Assembly (NCBI GenBank): GCA_039096225.1
Contig: JBBPEB010000011.1
Coordinates: forward strand, 682,001-746,000
Direction: 5' to 3'
Origin: Blastocystis sp. Blastoise
Taxonomy: Eukaryota; Protista; Bigyra: Opalinata
Length of the DNA stretch: 64,000 nucleotides
Shown: piece by piece, positions 48,165 to 64,000 of the stretch
How positions within the stretch are numbered: the stretch's first letter is position 1
Layout: each line of letters begins with the position of its first letter
Program-made: the position numbers and the translations under genes
Notes under the pieces: generated by a model
What the model saw: the letters and a program-made list of their open reading frames with translations, nothing else
Told to the model about the DNA's origin: nothing
The model's database searches: none

Positions 48165-49874
48165 ATGAGCACTCTTGATATAACTCAACTTTTAGAGATG
48201 GCTTTCTCTGCTGGTATGCTATAAAATAAATTCATATTAATTACATTAGAGAAAATTATATTTATTTTTTCATTTATTTAATTGAATATATTTCTCATAG
48301 ATGAAAACAGAGACAAAGCTGAAGCTGATTTATTGAAATATAGAGACGAAAATTTTCCCGGTTTCGTATTATCTGTCATTCAACACATCGCAGATCCAAG
48401 CAAACGTGTAGAGACTCGTCACTTAGCCTCAATTGTTTTCAAGAATGGTCTTGTTTCTCTTGTATCTACTTATTCTTTTATACATTGATGTGCTCATTCA
48501 TTTTTTTATTTGATTATTATAATATATTCTTATAGAATGGACCCTATTTTGTTCAAAAACGTGAAGTCTGGATTGCTCTTCCTGCTGAATTACGTGCTCA
48601 AGCGAAAGATGCTGTATTTCTTAAAATTTTATATCTTTATTATACTTTTATTTGTTTTATTTGTATTCTATAGTTATTAAATACTCTTCTTGATCCTAAT
48701 GTCACTGTTCGTAGAGGAGCTGCTACAGCTATTTCTGCCATTGCTCTTATTGAAGTCCCTTTAAATCAATGGCCACAATTATTTGAACAACTTATGAATC
48801 TCGTATATATAAATATTCTTTTATTATTCATAATTATACTTTGTATATTTTTTGTTCTTTATCTTTTTTTTTATTTGACTTTATTATAATACATTATATA
48901 TATTATTGAGTGTTTTTATTTTTATTATATATAATATATCTAATTTTTTTTTTTGAATTTTATTTAATGTTTAGTATATATAATATAATTTATAGATTTT
49001 AAATAATCCTTCGGATGACATCAAAGCTTCTGCCTTAGAAACTATTGGATTTATATGTAGTGACTTTGATACCAATCAAAATGTTGATATTAACTCACTC
49101 TCCCAAGAAGCTGTTGATTGTATACTTACGTCAATATTCTCAGGAATCTCTGTATATTATTATATATATAGCTATTTAAAAAGAAAATTGTTTTTCTTCA
49201 TTTTTTTTTTGAATATACATATTTTTTACTTTCATAAACTAGATATATTTATACACTATATATATATTTATAACTATATATATATAAATAACTTACAGTA
49301 TTATATACTATAGAATACTGCTAATACTAGTATTCGTTATATGTCTATTAACGCATTAACACATGCTCTTAATTTCGCGAAGAAGAACATGTCCCGACCT
49401 GAAGAGAGAAATGAGATTATTCGACTTATGTTAGAAGCTGCTATTGCTCCTGATGATGAAGTATATAGTAATAATCATTATAATCGTAGTTATTATTATT
49501 AAAATATCTATAATATTTATATTATTTATGTATACTATTTATAATATACATATAATATATATAGTGTATTCTATAAATATATAGATATCATTTATATTTC
49601 TATATATATTAATCATTATATATTCTATAGATAGCCCATAAGAGTATGGAGTGTATAGCTACGCTCTTAGAGTGTTATTATGATTGTGTTGAAGATCATA
49701 TTATGAATATATATACTGTTGCTAAAGCAGCAATGCTAGAGAGAGAAGAAACTGTTGCTATTGAAGTATATAGTTATATAGTTCTATAGTTCTATTTTGA
49801 ATTTTTTTTTTATATATTTATTTTCTTAAAGAATTTAATAAAATAATATCAAATGACTAGCATCTTCTATTTTC

Positions 49875-49914
<40 letters not shown>

Positions 49915-50132
49915 CATGTAATGTATTTCAGACTTTATTGGGTGTAGAAGTGAATCTTAGTTCTCAAACTGTTTCTCATAAGTATATACAGAGTATGCTA
50001 CCTGACCTTGTTCCTACTATTTGTATATGCATGACTAAACAAGTATATATATATATATATATATATATTATTATTATTATTAATATATAGAATTATTTAT
50101 TTTGTAAATATGATTATAAAAATAAATATGGA

Positions 50133-50189
<57 letters not shown>

Positions 50190-50674
50190 TAGATGATAAT
50201 GAGGGGGATGTACAAACACTCGCAAATGCTTCTGCAGAACTTTTGGCGAATTTAGCTCTTCAAGATAATACGGGTATATATATATACATATATGAATAAT
50301 AATATAATTATATCATACTCTATATATTATTTTATCTTCTTTCTTTTATTTCTAGCTGTCATTGATATCGTGAAACCGTTTATTCTCTCGAATATCCAGA
50401 ACCCTGATTGGCATTTCAGAGAAGCGAGCGTTATGATTTATGGGTGCGTCATGTCCGGAGAAGATTGTGAAGCTATTCTTACGATTATTAATGAGCCATT
50501 ACCCTATATTATTAATTATATTACAAATGATTCAAATAGCATGGTATATTCTATATTCTATTTATATAATAATATTTATAAATCTATTGTTTATTATGTT
50601 TATATATATATAGTATTTATATATATTTATAAATCTATTGTTTATTATGTTTATATATATATTTTCTTCTAATC

Positions 50675-50746
<72 letters not shown>

Positions 50747-51582
50747 TAAAAGATAGTAGTGCTTGGGCATTAGGATGTGTTTGTTTATATCGAATTGATA
50801 TTGTTGATGCTACTTATATTCAAAATATTATGACAGTACTTCTTAACGGATTAGAACAAGTATATAGAAATCTATTTAATATTATTATTAAAAATCTAAT
50901 TATTTTTTATTATTATTATTATTTTTGATGTTTTTTTTATAACTTGTTTAGCATCCATACTAAAAACTATTTTTTCTTCTTATATTTCTTCTTCTTATAT
51001 ATATATATATATATATAGATTCCTCGTGTAGCTGTTAATATATGTCAGTCTATTGGTAATTTGGCTTCCTTTATGCTTAATAGAGATCTAAATGATCAAC
51101 CCTCCAACTCACTCACTCCTTTCTTCTATGTATATAGTATTATTATGTTTATTATTATGTTTATTATTATTATTATAATACTTATTATGATTTATTTTAC
51201 TTATTATGCTTATTATATTTATATTTATTAGTATACACATTATTATACTTATTATTATACATATTATTATACATATTATTACACTTATTGCTATTTCACT
51301 TATTATTATATATATTATATATTATATATTTATCTTATCTTCTTCTTTTCTTCTAGAACTTTATGCAAGCCTTATTGAAATGTACTGATCGTTCCGATTG
51401 GAATGAGAATAATTTACAGTCGAATTGTTATGAAGCTATTATTCAATTGATTGATGCGTGTGCTGCTGATGTATATACCGTCTTAGAAGAACTTATTCCT
51501 TTCCTTATTAATAAGTGTATTGAATCTATGGTATATATATACATATGTTTAATTAGTTTTTTAATGTTAAATGCTATATATA

Positions 51583-51676
<94 letters not shown>

Positions 51677-51880
51677 GCATATAAATGAGAATACCGATCG
51701 TGCTTTGGTATATGGTCTTCAGATCCATATATTAGACACTCTCTGTAGTATTCTACGTAAGCCTATAGATATCAAACCAGAACAAGTAGAACAACTAGTC
51801 AGTATCATCGAAATCGTATATATATATATAATAATAATAAGTATAATAAGTATAAGTGTAATAAGTATAAGTATAATAAG

Positions 51881-51938
<58 letters not shown>

Positions 51939-53185
51939 TAACTATATATATATAGATTATGAAGAGTGATAATACATCCGCCCACAGTTCTGCTATGAAT
52001 GTCATTTCATCTCTCTGTTATACTTTAGAAGAATCATTCCAAGACTATGCTGTATATATAGACTATTAATAATAATCATAAATATATATGCATAATACTA
52101 TATATATTATATATATAGATTCGATTATATCCTTATATAACTACTTCCTTACAACAAATCAATGATTATCACACCTGTACAATGACAGCCAATATGATTG
52201 GCGATTTCTGTACATGTCTTGGTGCGAAAACAGCTCTTTATAGTGATGAACTCTTTACTATTCTTATTAAAGATTTAAGCACTCCTGAACTAGCTCTTCC
52301 TGCTAAACCACTTATTATTGCTGCCGTTAGCTCTATTATCCTCGTCATCGATGACGAATTCACAAAGTTCATTGACCCCTTAATGAATCTATCCCTCTTA
52401 GCTGCACATGCTACTGCTGATAATAATGACGCTGATATGATCGAGTATATTATATATATATATATATATATTATTATTATTCTTTTATTTTATATATACT
52501 TTAATAATAATATAGTATTATATATTATTATTCTTTCATTTTATACTTATATTCTATTCTATGCTTAAATTATATTACTATATATATATCTGTTTATTAT
52601 TCTATAGGAATGTGAATGATCTTCGTTATAGTGTATTTGAGTTATGGACTTCGATGTTTATATCTCTTTATTCTCGTCGACAAGTGAATATCTTTAATAA
52701 TTATGTTAATTCTATTATTACTACTTGTAGAGATATAGTCAATGATCCTATTACTAATAATAGTATATATGTACGTATATTAAGCTTAGTTCATGACCTT
52801 TGTATGGGATTTGGAACACATTTTGCTAAAGCTGTATATATATAGTATTATTATTGTTTATATAATATATTATAATGTATTTTTCATTTATATATTATAT
52901 TCTTTATATATTTATAATCATAAGAATACTATACAGTTATTATTAATATATATATATATAGTTAGTAGTAGAGAATTGGTATTCGATGCTCGTGGAGAAA
53001 ACATTTAATATGGAAGGAAGTAGTGAAGATACACAAAAAGATATCAATGTATATATATATATATTGATTATTATTAAACTTATTTTATTACTATAATAAA
53101 AATACTAATATATATATATATATAATATTCTTTATAAATATATATTCTATATCTATAGGATATTAAGAAATGGAGTGGTATGTAA
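48165..53185 (+). CDS. KPNB1: Importin beta-1 (karyopherin beta), 19 exons
   Basis: IBN_N RHLASIVFKN, NQWPQL, ALETIGFIC, NPDWHFREASVM.YG, VKDSSAWALG, IGDFC; all introns GTAT...AG. Confidence 0.92.
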
Positions 53186-54215
53186 ACAATATATAAAAAT
53201 ATACTTATCTATATCTCTATCTTTCTATATTTATATATATAACATTGAATATACAAAATAATTCAAATATATTCATATAATATGAATATAATTCTATATA
53301 TTGTCTACTATTATCATTTCACAATATATATATTATTATATATTGTCTTATTTCTACATCTTTGTTATATATATTTAGTTGATCTTTATTTATCATTTTT
53401 TTTTATTTCTTTTTTTATTTTACTTATTTTTAAATAAATTTTTTATTGCGTTATATATGTCTTTTTTATATTCATTTGTTTTTTTTCATTAATATATATG
53501 TATGTATTTGTTTATATATTTATTGATATTGTCCTTTTCCTTTGTCTTCTTTTCAATATCTACAGAAAAATCATTTTATTAAATAAAATTTCTTTTTTAT
53601 ATTCTGTCACTCTTATTGTTGTTATTTTATAAATGTATATCTCTTTTTTTTATATATGATATGCTTATTTTTTCTCTTTCACTGTATATATATTATACTA
53701 TATATATTTTGTTTAGTAAAGTAATTATTAATGAATTCACAACATATATATTTATAATGAGAACGAATTAGTTTCTTTTTTCAAATACACAATAATAGAT
53801 GAATATATGTAAAAAATGAGATAAACAAAAAGCATAGAGTATTCACAAAGTAATATAAATAAAGAAAAGAAGCAACTAGTATACAAAAGTACCAAAACCA
53901 GAATAATATGTATATATAAATATATGTAGAATGGAAGAGGAAGAAAAATCAAAAATGAAAAATAAGCAAATAATTCATTAAAATGAGTATATAAATAGAA
54001 GAATAGTACATAAATATATAGTAAAGAGATAAATAGAGAGAAAGAGAGAGACAGTGAGAGATATAATGATAATAAAAAAGTAATAGAATTCAGATTATAT
54101 AGGAATAACCAAATAACGAAAATGAATATGTATATAAAATCCTATTAATACTTAAAAACAAAAATGATAATAATTTATAAAATTATTAAAATATATTATA
54201 TATATATATATATTT

Positions 54216-55261
54216 TTATTCTAATTTATTATATGGTTGTTCCATCATTTCTTGAAATTCATCATTTTGATTCAAATATATATAATAACTATATATATAT
54301 ATATATAGTTATTATATATATATTTGGAAATGAATTACTATTTAGAAATAAATATAGTTATATACTGAATATCTTCGTTATCCTCAAAATCATGAATTTC
54401 TATTGGTGGATTTTCTGTTGACATGTGATTCTCTTCTAGTTTATTTATAAGAGCATCAAAACTATTAATAAATATTTATATAAATATAATAATATGAATA
54501 GAATAATAAGAATACCTTTTTTTAGCACCAATGCCATAAGATAGCATATTACGAAAGGGGAAACTAGCTCTATATATATATATATATATATATATAGAAA
54601 GATTGATATATAATTGAATAATATATAGTGAATCATAATTATTATAATAAAAAAAGATTTAAAAAAAGAAATAATAATAATAATAAATATACTAATAATA
54701 ATAATATATACTGTAATGCTTGTGAGCTTGGGATCGTAACTAAATATATATCATCACCACATTCAGAAAGTAAGTCTTCTTCGTTATTTTTTAATATAGT
54801 ACCAACACACCAATGAACATCTAAAAAATTTAAAAAATTATTTTTGATTATATATATTTATATATAAATAACTATATAAAATGTTATATATATTTACCTT
54901 CATGAGTTCTAACAAGTGGATCTTCATAATAGACATATACACAAGAAGAAGGTTCCCAATCTGCACCCAAATAACATTTTAATCTATCGACTAAAGCCGA
55001 GTATGCTAAGTGCATATGACGAATAGGTGACTTAAAATTCAAGTAACTATAAAAAAATAAGTAAAATGAGTCAATAATAAAATACGCCATAGTTATTTCT
55101 TCTTTATCGCAAACTTCAACTTTGACATGTCTTGATATATATTATTAATTGATTAAGAAATGAAAATACGAAAAGAAACCCAAATAAAGAAAGTAATAAA
55201 CTGAAATGGAAAAGAGAATCAATCCCGCACAAATACAAAGAGTAGATATAATGATTTCCAT
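54216..55261 (-). CDS. TEX264-like / GyrI-like protein with an N-terminal TM, 7 exons
   Basis: TM then YLGFFSHVKV, VYYEDP, WCVG, ASFPFRNMLSYGIGAKK, PPIEIHD. Confidence 0.65.
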
Positions 55262-55487
55262 ATAAAAATAAAGACTTATAAATGAATTATAGCTTCCAAC
55301 GTTTAGAAATAATTATAATTTAAAATAAAGATGAAAACATGATTACGTCATCGATATAACGAAATGATTTCTTTAGAATTCAAATTCGTGAAAAACAAAT
55401 GATGATTCATTCAACTCCCAAAATAATCAAGGGAAAACAAATTTCTATTTTTCTTGATCAAAATCTATTTATTAGGACAAAGTGATT

Positions 55488-58162
55488 ATGTTAAACATAT
55501 TGCATTGTCTAATCAAGAAATCTACTGTAGTAAAATCATGTTTTTATGAACAATACTCAGTGATGAAGTTGTCTAGATCTTTCACTGGACGTGTTGGGTC
55601 TCATGGAAAATGGTTTGAAACAATGAAAGAAGATGAAGATTATCAACAACTTCAAAAGTTATATACTGAAAGTACAGTGAAGTGGAAGCAGCCTGTTATG
55701 CTTCCAGATACAATAGATCATCGTCTTGTGAATTTGCTACCTACAAAACAGAGTCATCACCGTCAATTAGATTGGGAAGAATACTTACATTTACTTCGAA
55801 AAAGAGAAAAAACAAATCAATTTACAGAATGGGATATCAAAGAAACTTCATTTGTTCATAAAAATGATTTTCATGAGAATTATATGAATATGTATACTGA
55901 AGATCTTTGTCTTGCTTATACACAATATAAATTCTCTACAACGTATATATATATTGTTTTCTTAAAGATTATTTTTCTTTAAATATATAAATAATTATTG
56001 TTTATAGTTATGGTATAACGACTCGACTATTAACAGAAATTAATAAACGACTTCCTGCGTTTTCACCAGAGAGGGTTTTAGATTTTGGATGCGGTCCTGG
56101 AGCAGGTTTAGCGTATATATAGATTATTATTATACTTATTATTATTATATTTATATTATTATTATTATTATTATACTTATTATTATTATTTAAAAATATA
56201 CTATTTAATCATAATACATAGAGTAATATATATTTATATATAATATTTGTTATTCTTATATGAATAATTTCAGTTCTCTCTCTATATATACATATATATA
56301 GAGCAGTAAAGAATTATTATCCCAAATCTCCTTCTGTATATACAGGTATCGATTTGAATCCTCATATGAGAAATATATCAAGATATATTAATGAAAAAAT
56401 TGATATTATATATTATCAATCTTTAATTGATATGCTCAAAGAAGTATATATATATATATTATTATTATTATTTTTATTACTATCTTATATATTGTTTTAA
56501 TTATATATAGTCCATATATAAATATATGTTATTATTATTTTATATATTATATATATATAGAATACTCCACGATTTAATTTGATTCTTTGTAATGAAGTAT
56601 TATCGGAACAGTATTCTGACCATGAACGTTCGTCATTGACTCTTCTTCTTTATGGTATATATATATATATAGTATTATAAAGATTGTGTCTTTAAAAATA
56701 TTTATTTGTTTATAGTCTATTATTTTTATACTAATACTATTCTATATATATATATATATATATATAGAGTATTTGAGTCCAGGTGGATGTTTAGTTATAA
56801 GTGAAAGAGGAAATAGATATGGATATCACACGGTAAGAAGTAGTCGGAAATTCCTTCTCTCTATGTATGGAGATGATAAAGAAAATAATAATAAAGATAA
56901 TAATAATAAAGATAATAATAATAAAGAGAATATTAATAAAGATAATAATAATAAAGAGAATAATAATAAAGAGAATAATAATAAAGAGAATAATAATAAA
57001 GATTCTAGAATGGATACAAAGAATACAAATGAAGTATATATACTTTGATGTTTTTACATATAAGAGTAGATTATAAATAATTTATGTTAATAATTACAAT
57101 GCTATTGCTTATTATATATATATAAATAATGCTATCTTTCTATCTCTATGCATATATACATATATATAGCCCCTACTCTCCGCGTCTCCTTCCCCTGCTC
57201 CTATCATTTTATCTCCCTGTACTCATTGTCTTGAATGCCCTTTAAAAGGAAATAAAAACAGATGGTGTTATTTTGTTCAACAGACTGCAGATCTATCTAA
57301 TGTAGTAAGTATCATATAAATATATATTATAAATAGTAATCATATCTATTATCATATACTAATTGACAAATTATTTATTATTATATACTTTGATTTTATT
57401 CATTATTTTCTTGTCAATTATTTTTAGTAAATTATCAACATCTTTAATTCTATATAGTATAGTATACTAAATAATTTCTTCTTTTATTTTCATCTTATTC
57501 TATATATTTATCACTATAATTATACTAAGATTTCTTCTTATTCTATATATTTTATCACTATAATTATACTATTGTTTCTTCTTATTCTATATATTTTATC
57601 ACCATAATTATACTATTGTTTCTTCTTCTAGTTATATATATATATATAGTCATCTCCTTCTGCTCATCCTTCAGGAGATCCTTTCTCTTATATTGTATTC
57701 TATAAACCCTATAAAGAAGAGACTATAAGTTCTCTTCATTTATATAGAGAGAAACCAAGTAGAATACTGTTACAACCTATTAAGAATGACAAACACGTCA
57801 TCACCGATCTATGTACTTCGAATGGAACATTCGAAAGACATACATATACAAAAGGAAAAATGAGTAATATGAAAGAACGATATCGTGCTATTCGTATATA
57901 TATATATATCATGACAATTATTGTTTTATTTATTTATTTTGTTATATATTATTATTATTTAATTTATTATTATTGATTAAAAAAGTCAGTTTATATATTT
58001 ACGAAATTCCTTTTTTTAAATGAAATTATTCATAATATATTATATTTATTAGTCATAAAATACTATATATTTATAGGTAAATCAGAATGGGGTGGTTTAT
58101 GGTATGATGCGGATGAGAAGGAAATGGAATTGTTAAAGAAATTAAATGAGAAGAAACAATAA
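55488..58162 (+). CDS. METTL17/Rsm22 mitoribosome assembly methyltransferase-like protein, 8 exons
   Basis: VLDFGCGPGAG, LSPGGCLVISERG, LSPCTHCLECPL..WCYFVQ, HVITDLCTSNG, RKSEWG. Confidence 0.9.
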
Positions 58163-58444
58163 TTCAATATTATTATTGTTTTATATTCATTAATTAGTAT
58201 CTATTTATTGGGGATGTATCATAATATATTTATTATTAATTGTATTTAACATTTATTCAAAAATACATATTTTGTTTATATTCACAACAAAACAAAAACA
58301 AAATAAAAATAATAATGTATCCATAATAATACAATTATAACAAAAAAAAAGTAAATTTACACTTTATTTACAATGAATTTGAATAATAGGAAAACAAGAA
58401 TAAAATTAATCAATTCACAATGTCATTTATATCTCAAAAATCAA

Positions 58445-58804
58445 TTAAAAACAGGATTTTCTTTTGAGATCAAATTTCCAACTGTGATAATGCGCAGAAA
58501 AAGTAGATCGTGGATCCTCAACAAGAATTGTATTAGCTTTAACTCTGTAAACAGCGTCACAAGAAGGAGGATTATGCTTTTGACAAGTAGGCATAATACA
58601 CCATTGCCAACAATGCCAATATCTTTTAACATGTGCTCCATGTGCAGCAGCATTCTTACATCCTTCAACACAGCATTTACCGAAATTCAAACCAGTACTT
58701 TTCTCCCAAATTGCTTTAGAACTTCCACCTACAACAGAAGAACCAATAATAGACTTTACTTTAGCTCCTTGGCGCAATGTATGTGTTTTATTTGCTTTTT
58801 TCAT
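58445..58804 (-). CDS. Intronless small Cys/His-rich hypothetical protein
   Basis: GC-richer 119-aa ORF with CCVEGC...HGAHV...IMPTCQKHN. Confidence 0.7.
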   Translation of the reverse strand: MKKANKTHTLRQGAKVKSIIGSSVVGGSSKAIWEKSTGLNFGKCCVEGCKNAAAHGAHVKRYWHCWQWCIMPTCQKHNPPSCDAVYRVKANTILVEDPRSTFSAHYHSWKFDLKRKSCF

Positions 58805-59649
58805 AAAAGTATAAACAAGAGTATCAGTAAAATAAAATAAAATATAAAAATCCATAATTTATTTTTATAGCCAGTATGTATTTATTATTTTATTAAAAAA
58901 CAATATTTGAGTAGTTTATGCTGTCAATTCATTGTATATTGATTTTGTTCTTTATTGAACAATAGTTTAAGTAAATGGAATTGTTTTTTTGTTTTCTTGA
59001 ATTCTATATAAACGATTTTATGGATAGATGAAATTATTAGAGTAATCGGTATATTATTATGATTGCATAGTTAAAACTTTGATGATGTGTTCAGTTAAAT
59101 TTATTATTTACTGTCATTTATTTACACTATAGTTTTATTCACTATATAGTTTCTATTTATAATATACATTTATAATGATAAATAGTGATGTACTCCACTT
59201 TTGAGGAGATTTCTAAATTTTTCTTTTTTAAGGGTAATTCATTTTAATATTTATGGTGGTTATTATGAAGAAGAGATTCAATGGTTGATATAAGCGACTA
59301 AAACTTATGAATACTAATAAATAAGCTTTTTCAGCTCGATGCGTTGTTGTTTTAGATGAATCTATTATATGTATAAATATAGAATCATATAACTATGCAA
59401 TAAAGAAAAGATAAACTAATTTAAAATGCTTAGTAACGATTTTATTGATATTTTAATGTCTGATTATCATTATAAAACAAATTTATGATATTTTGACGAT
59501 AAATATAATAAAGCGAACTAATGATGAAAAATAAATTTAATGAGATGAATATAACACTAAAAATAAGAAAAAGGTGAAAAAAGAGTAATTAAAAATGAAA
59601 AATAATATATATGATAGAGACTAGAAGAAATAATAATTATTAAAATATA

Positions 59650-60696
59650 TTAATCAATTAGATTAATTTCAAAATGTTGATTTCCAGCTGTAAATGTAAT
59701 GGCATCACATTTACAGAAAATACATTCCTCACTAATATCTATATTATCATCATTATTATTATCATCATTATTATTATCACTATCATCATTATCACTATCA
59801 CTATTATCATTATTAGATATAGATTCATCTGAATCATAGTCTATATCTATATCTATTTATATTTATATGATAAATTACATTAAATTAAAAATGAAAATAT
59901 TTAAACAAAAAAAAAAACAATAATATTAATAAACATTACATATATTAATATACCACTTGAAGGATTATCAATTTGATTTAATGCAATTTTTGTTGATATA
60001 GATATAGAATTGGATGTATCTGGTGGTAGAATAAGGAATCCTGATTCTTTTAAATGTTGTTCTATATCAATAGCCACAGAACATATTGTAGCATGGGGAA
60101 TAGCAGGAGAATAGTATATAGCTTTATTATATCGCTTCATCACTGAGTCTATTGAAGATATGATTCGTTTGATATAGTAATATCCATCCTTTACGAGAAG
60201 TGATCCAAAAGATCGTGTATGTGTGTCGTTTAGAAAGAATCGAAATGGCTTCAAGGAATATTTAAATTTCTTATAATATTTTAATTCATTCTTTAAAGCT
60301 TCGTAGAATGAGGATATTTGATATTTTTTTAAAACGAAAGCTTTAGAGAGACTGACATGAATTGAAGTATTTCCAGTTTTCTCATCAGTTAATAGTTTCA
60401 TTTCTGGTATTTCATCTTCAGATTTATAATAGCTTTCGATAACCTTGTTCATGTAATCTTTTATCTTAAGTAATTTGGTCATGATCTTTTTATGAACGCG
60501 AACTATGAACAGATCATACAATTAATAGTTAGAACATACTATTTATATATATAATAGATGGCCAGTTTCCATCAATATGTTGAAAGGTTCGAACCTTCTC
60601 ATAGTCTGTTCTCTTCCTTTTCACTTTCTTTGTTGAATCGTTTTCTTCGATAGATTCCTCGCTGGAATCACTTTGATAGAATAATAATTTATCCAT
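59650..60696 (-). CDS. USB1: U6 snRNA 2H phosphodiesterase USB1, 3 exons
   Basis: RTFQHIDGNWPS, HVSLS and HAT 2H motifs, FLNDTHTRSF. Confidence 0.9.
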
Positions 60697-60911
60697 TAAT
60701 AGGGTTATAAAAGATATTATTTTTTTTGTTTTTTCTTTTTTTAATAAAAAAGAGTGGAAAGAAAATGAAATGCTATTTCTGTCAATAGTTTAATATAGAA
60801 TCAAATGAATATAGTATGCTTCTTTATTTTATTTGTATACAAAGAGAAAAAAAACATTAAAAAAAACAAATAAATATGTTTATAAAACAATAAGTTTATT
60901 TATAAAATATA

Positions 60912-62932
<2,021 letters not shown>

Positions 62933-63019
62933 TGTTGACAATAAACTATATAAACTATAATAACAACAACAAAATAATTCTAAAAAACATTTCTAAGAAA
63001 AAAACGAGAACTTGTTTAG

Positions 63020-63068
63020 AGTCGGGAGTTTACAAAAAAATTTGAATTTGGTCGGGAGACTCCCGACT
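63020..63068. promoter_or_regulatory. GTCGGGAG motif cluster / palindrome upstream of the WD40 gene
   Basis: GTCGGGAG at 63021 and palindrome GTCGGGAG-A-CTCCCGAC at 63051-63067. Confidence 0.5.
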
Positions 63069-63902
63069 TCATTTCATTGGTTAATATTTTATTAGCCAAT
63101 AAAATTAAATTATTCTTTTATTTTACTTTTGTTGTTATAGAATTCTTTTTTGTTATTTATATTTACTATTATTTATTATTAACAAGTGTCTAAATAATGA
63201 AAATTAGACTGGCAATACACTTAGACATACAGGTATTTTACATTTCTTTGTTTTGTTTTTAAGATTAATTTAGAATGTACTCTCTCCATATTTTTTGCTT
63301 TCTATGTACATATAAAAAAAAGTATCTTTAATGATTTTTGAATGATTCTTATCAATTGATGGTAAAGTATCTTTTAGAGCAACATTTCTATTTAAATCTT
63401 TAATCATTATAAATTTATTATTACATTTATTTCAGATATGATATACAACATCTAACGTATGCAACTCCTAATTTTAAATGAATTTATATACTATTTATAT
63501 ATTTTTTAAATAAAAAAAAATTTTTAAAAGAAAATTTTATGAATTTGTATTAACTATTGTTAATAAAGTAGTTAAAATTAGAAATAAAATCGTATTGTAT
63601 ATATAGTGACAAGTAGAAAAAAAATTCACTAATATAGTTGTAATTTATAATACTATAGTATTGGCTAATTAAAAGATTAAAAATATATATATATTCTCTA
63701 TATATTATTATTTATTTTATGAGTTTATAATATAAAGTATATTAAACTCTAACATATATATTAATTGCTATCTAATAAACATAATAATTATTCTTTATAG
63801 CAAAAATAATATGTGATAATACTCAACTTAATAATATATTATACATCTCTTCATGTAGTATGTATATTAGTAAAAGAAGGAAATCAATAGCTATATATAG
63901 GT

Positions 63903-63904
<2 letters not shown>

Positions 63905-64000
<96 letters not shown>
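63905..64000. repeat. (AAT)n microsatellite running off the window edge
   Basis: Direct reading. Confidence 0.95.

Noticed and set aside
55098-55170. Apparent AG-less intron in the TEX264-like gene
   Set aside because: A canonical acceptor (TATCAAG|ACAT) restores the frame
58373-58840. 155-aa plus-strand ORF
   Set aside because: Antisense shadow of the Cys/His ORF with no recognisable motif
63905-64000. Terminal (AAT)n as a telomere
   Set aside because: The same repeat is common in internal introns, so this is just the window edge

Overview
Very AT-rich eukaryotic nuclear DNA. It is gene-dense and intron-rich, with (TA)n, (AAT)n and (AAAT)n microsatellites filling the introns. Gene content and architecture suggest a protist, plausibly a Blastocystis-like stramenopile (inference only). 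By manual splicing I reconstruct about 22 protein-coding genes and one tRNA-Arg(TCG): UTP20 (5' part), LRR protein, CRAL-TRIO+PH, ubiquitin-like, ferric reductase/NOX-like, asparagine synthetase, ELMOD, Rab, GH3 glycosidase, pepsin-like protein, mS35, STT3-like, SNase/LCL3-like, RPS28, V-ATPase e, ABC1/ADCK, importin-beta, TEX264-like, METTL17/Rsm22, a Cys/His orphan, USB1 and a TBL2-like WD40 protein. Most ORF-track entries are microsatellite artefacts. The main signal is an unusual splicing system. Nearly all of the more than 100 introns I traced start GTAT (mostly GTATAT) and end in (TA)n-TAG. At least seven have non-GT-AG ends: GT-TG twice, GT-AA, GT-AC, AT-AG, an AT-AC bounded by a 14-bp direct repeat, and a textbook U12-type AT-AC. 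Six are pinned by conserved protein motifs, and RPS28 intron 1 is forced by an in-frame stop. Also notable: a perfect 46-bp inverted repeat pair 2.7 kb apart, two apparent pseudoenzymes (STT3-like, aspartic protease-like), and an intronless Cys/His orphan. All exon boundaries were inferred by eye with no RNA evidence.
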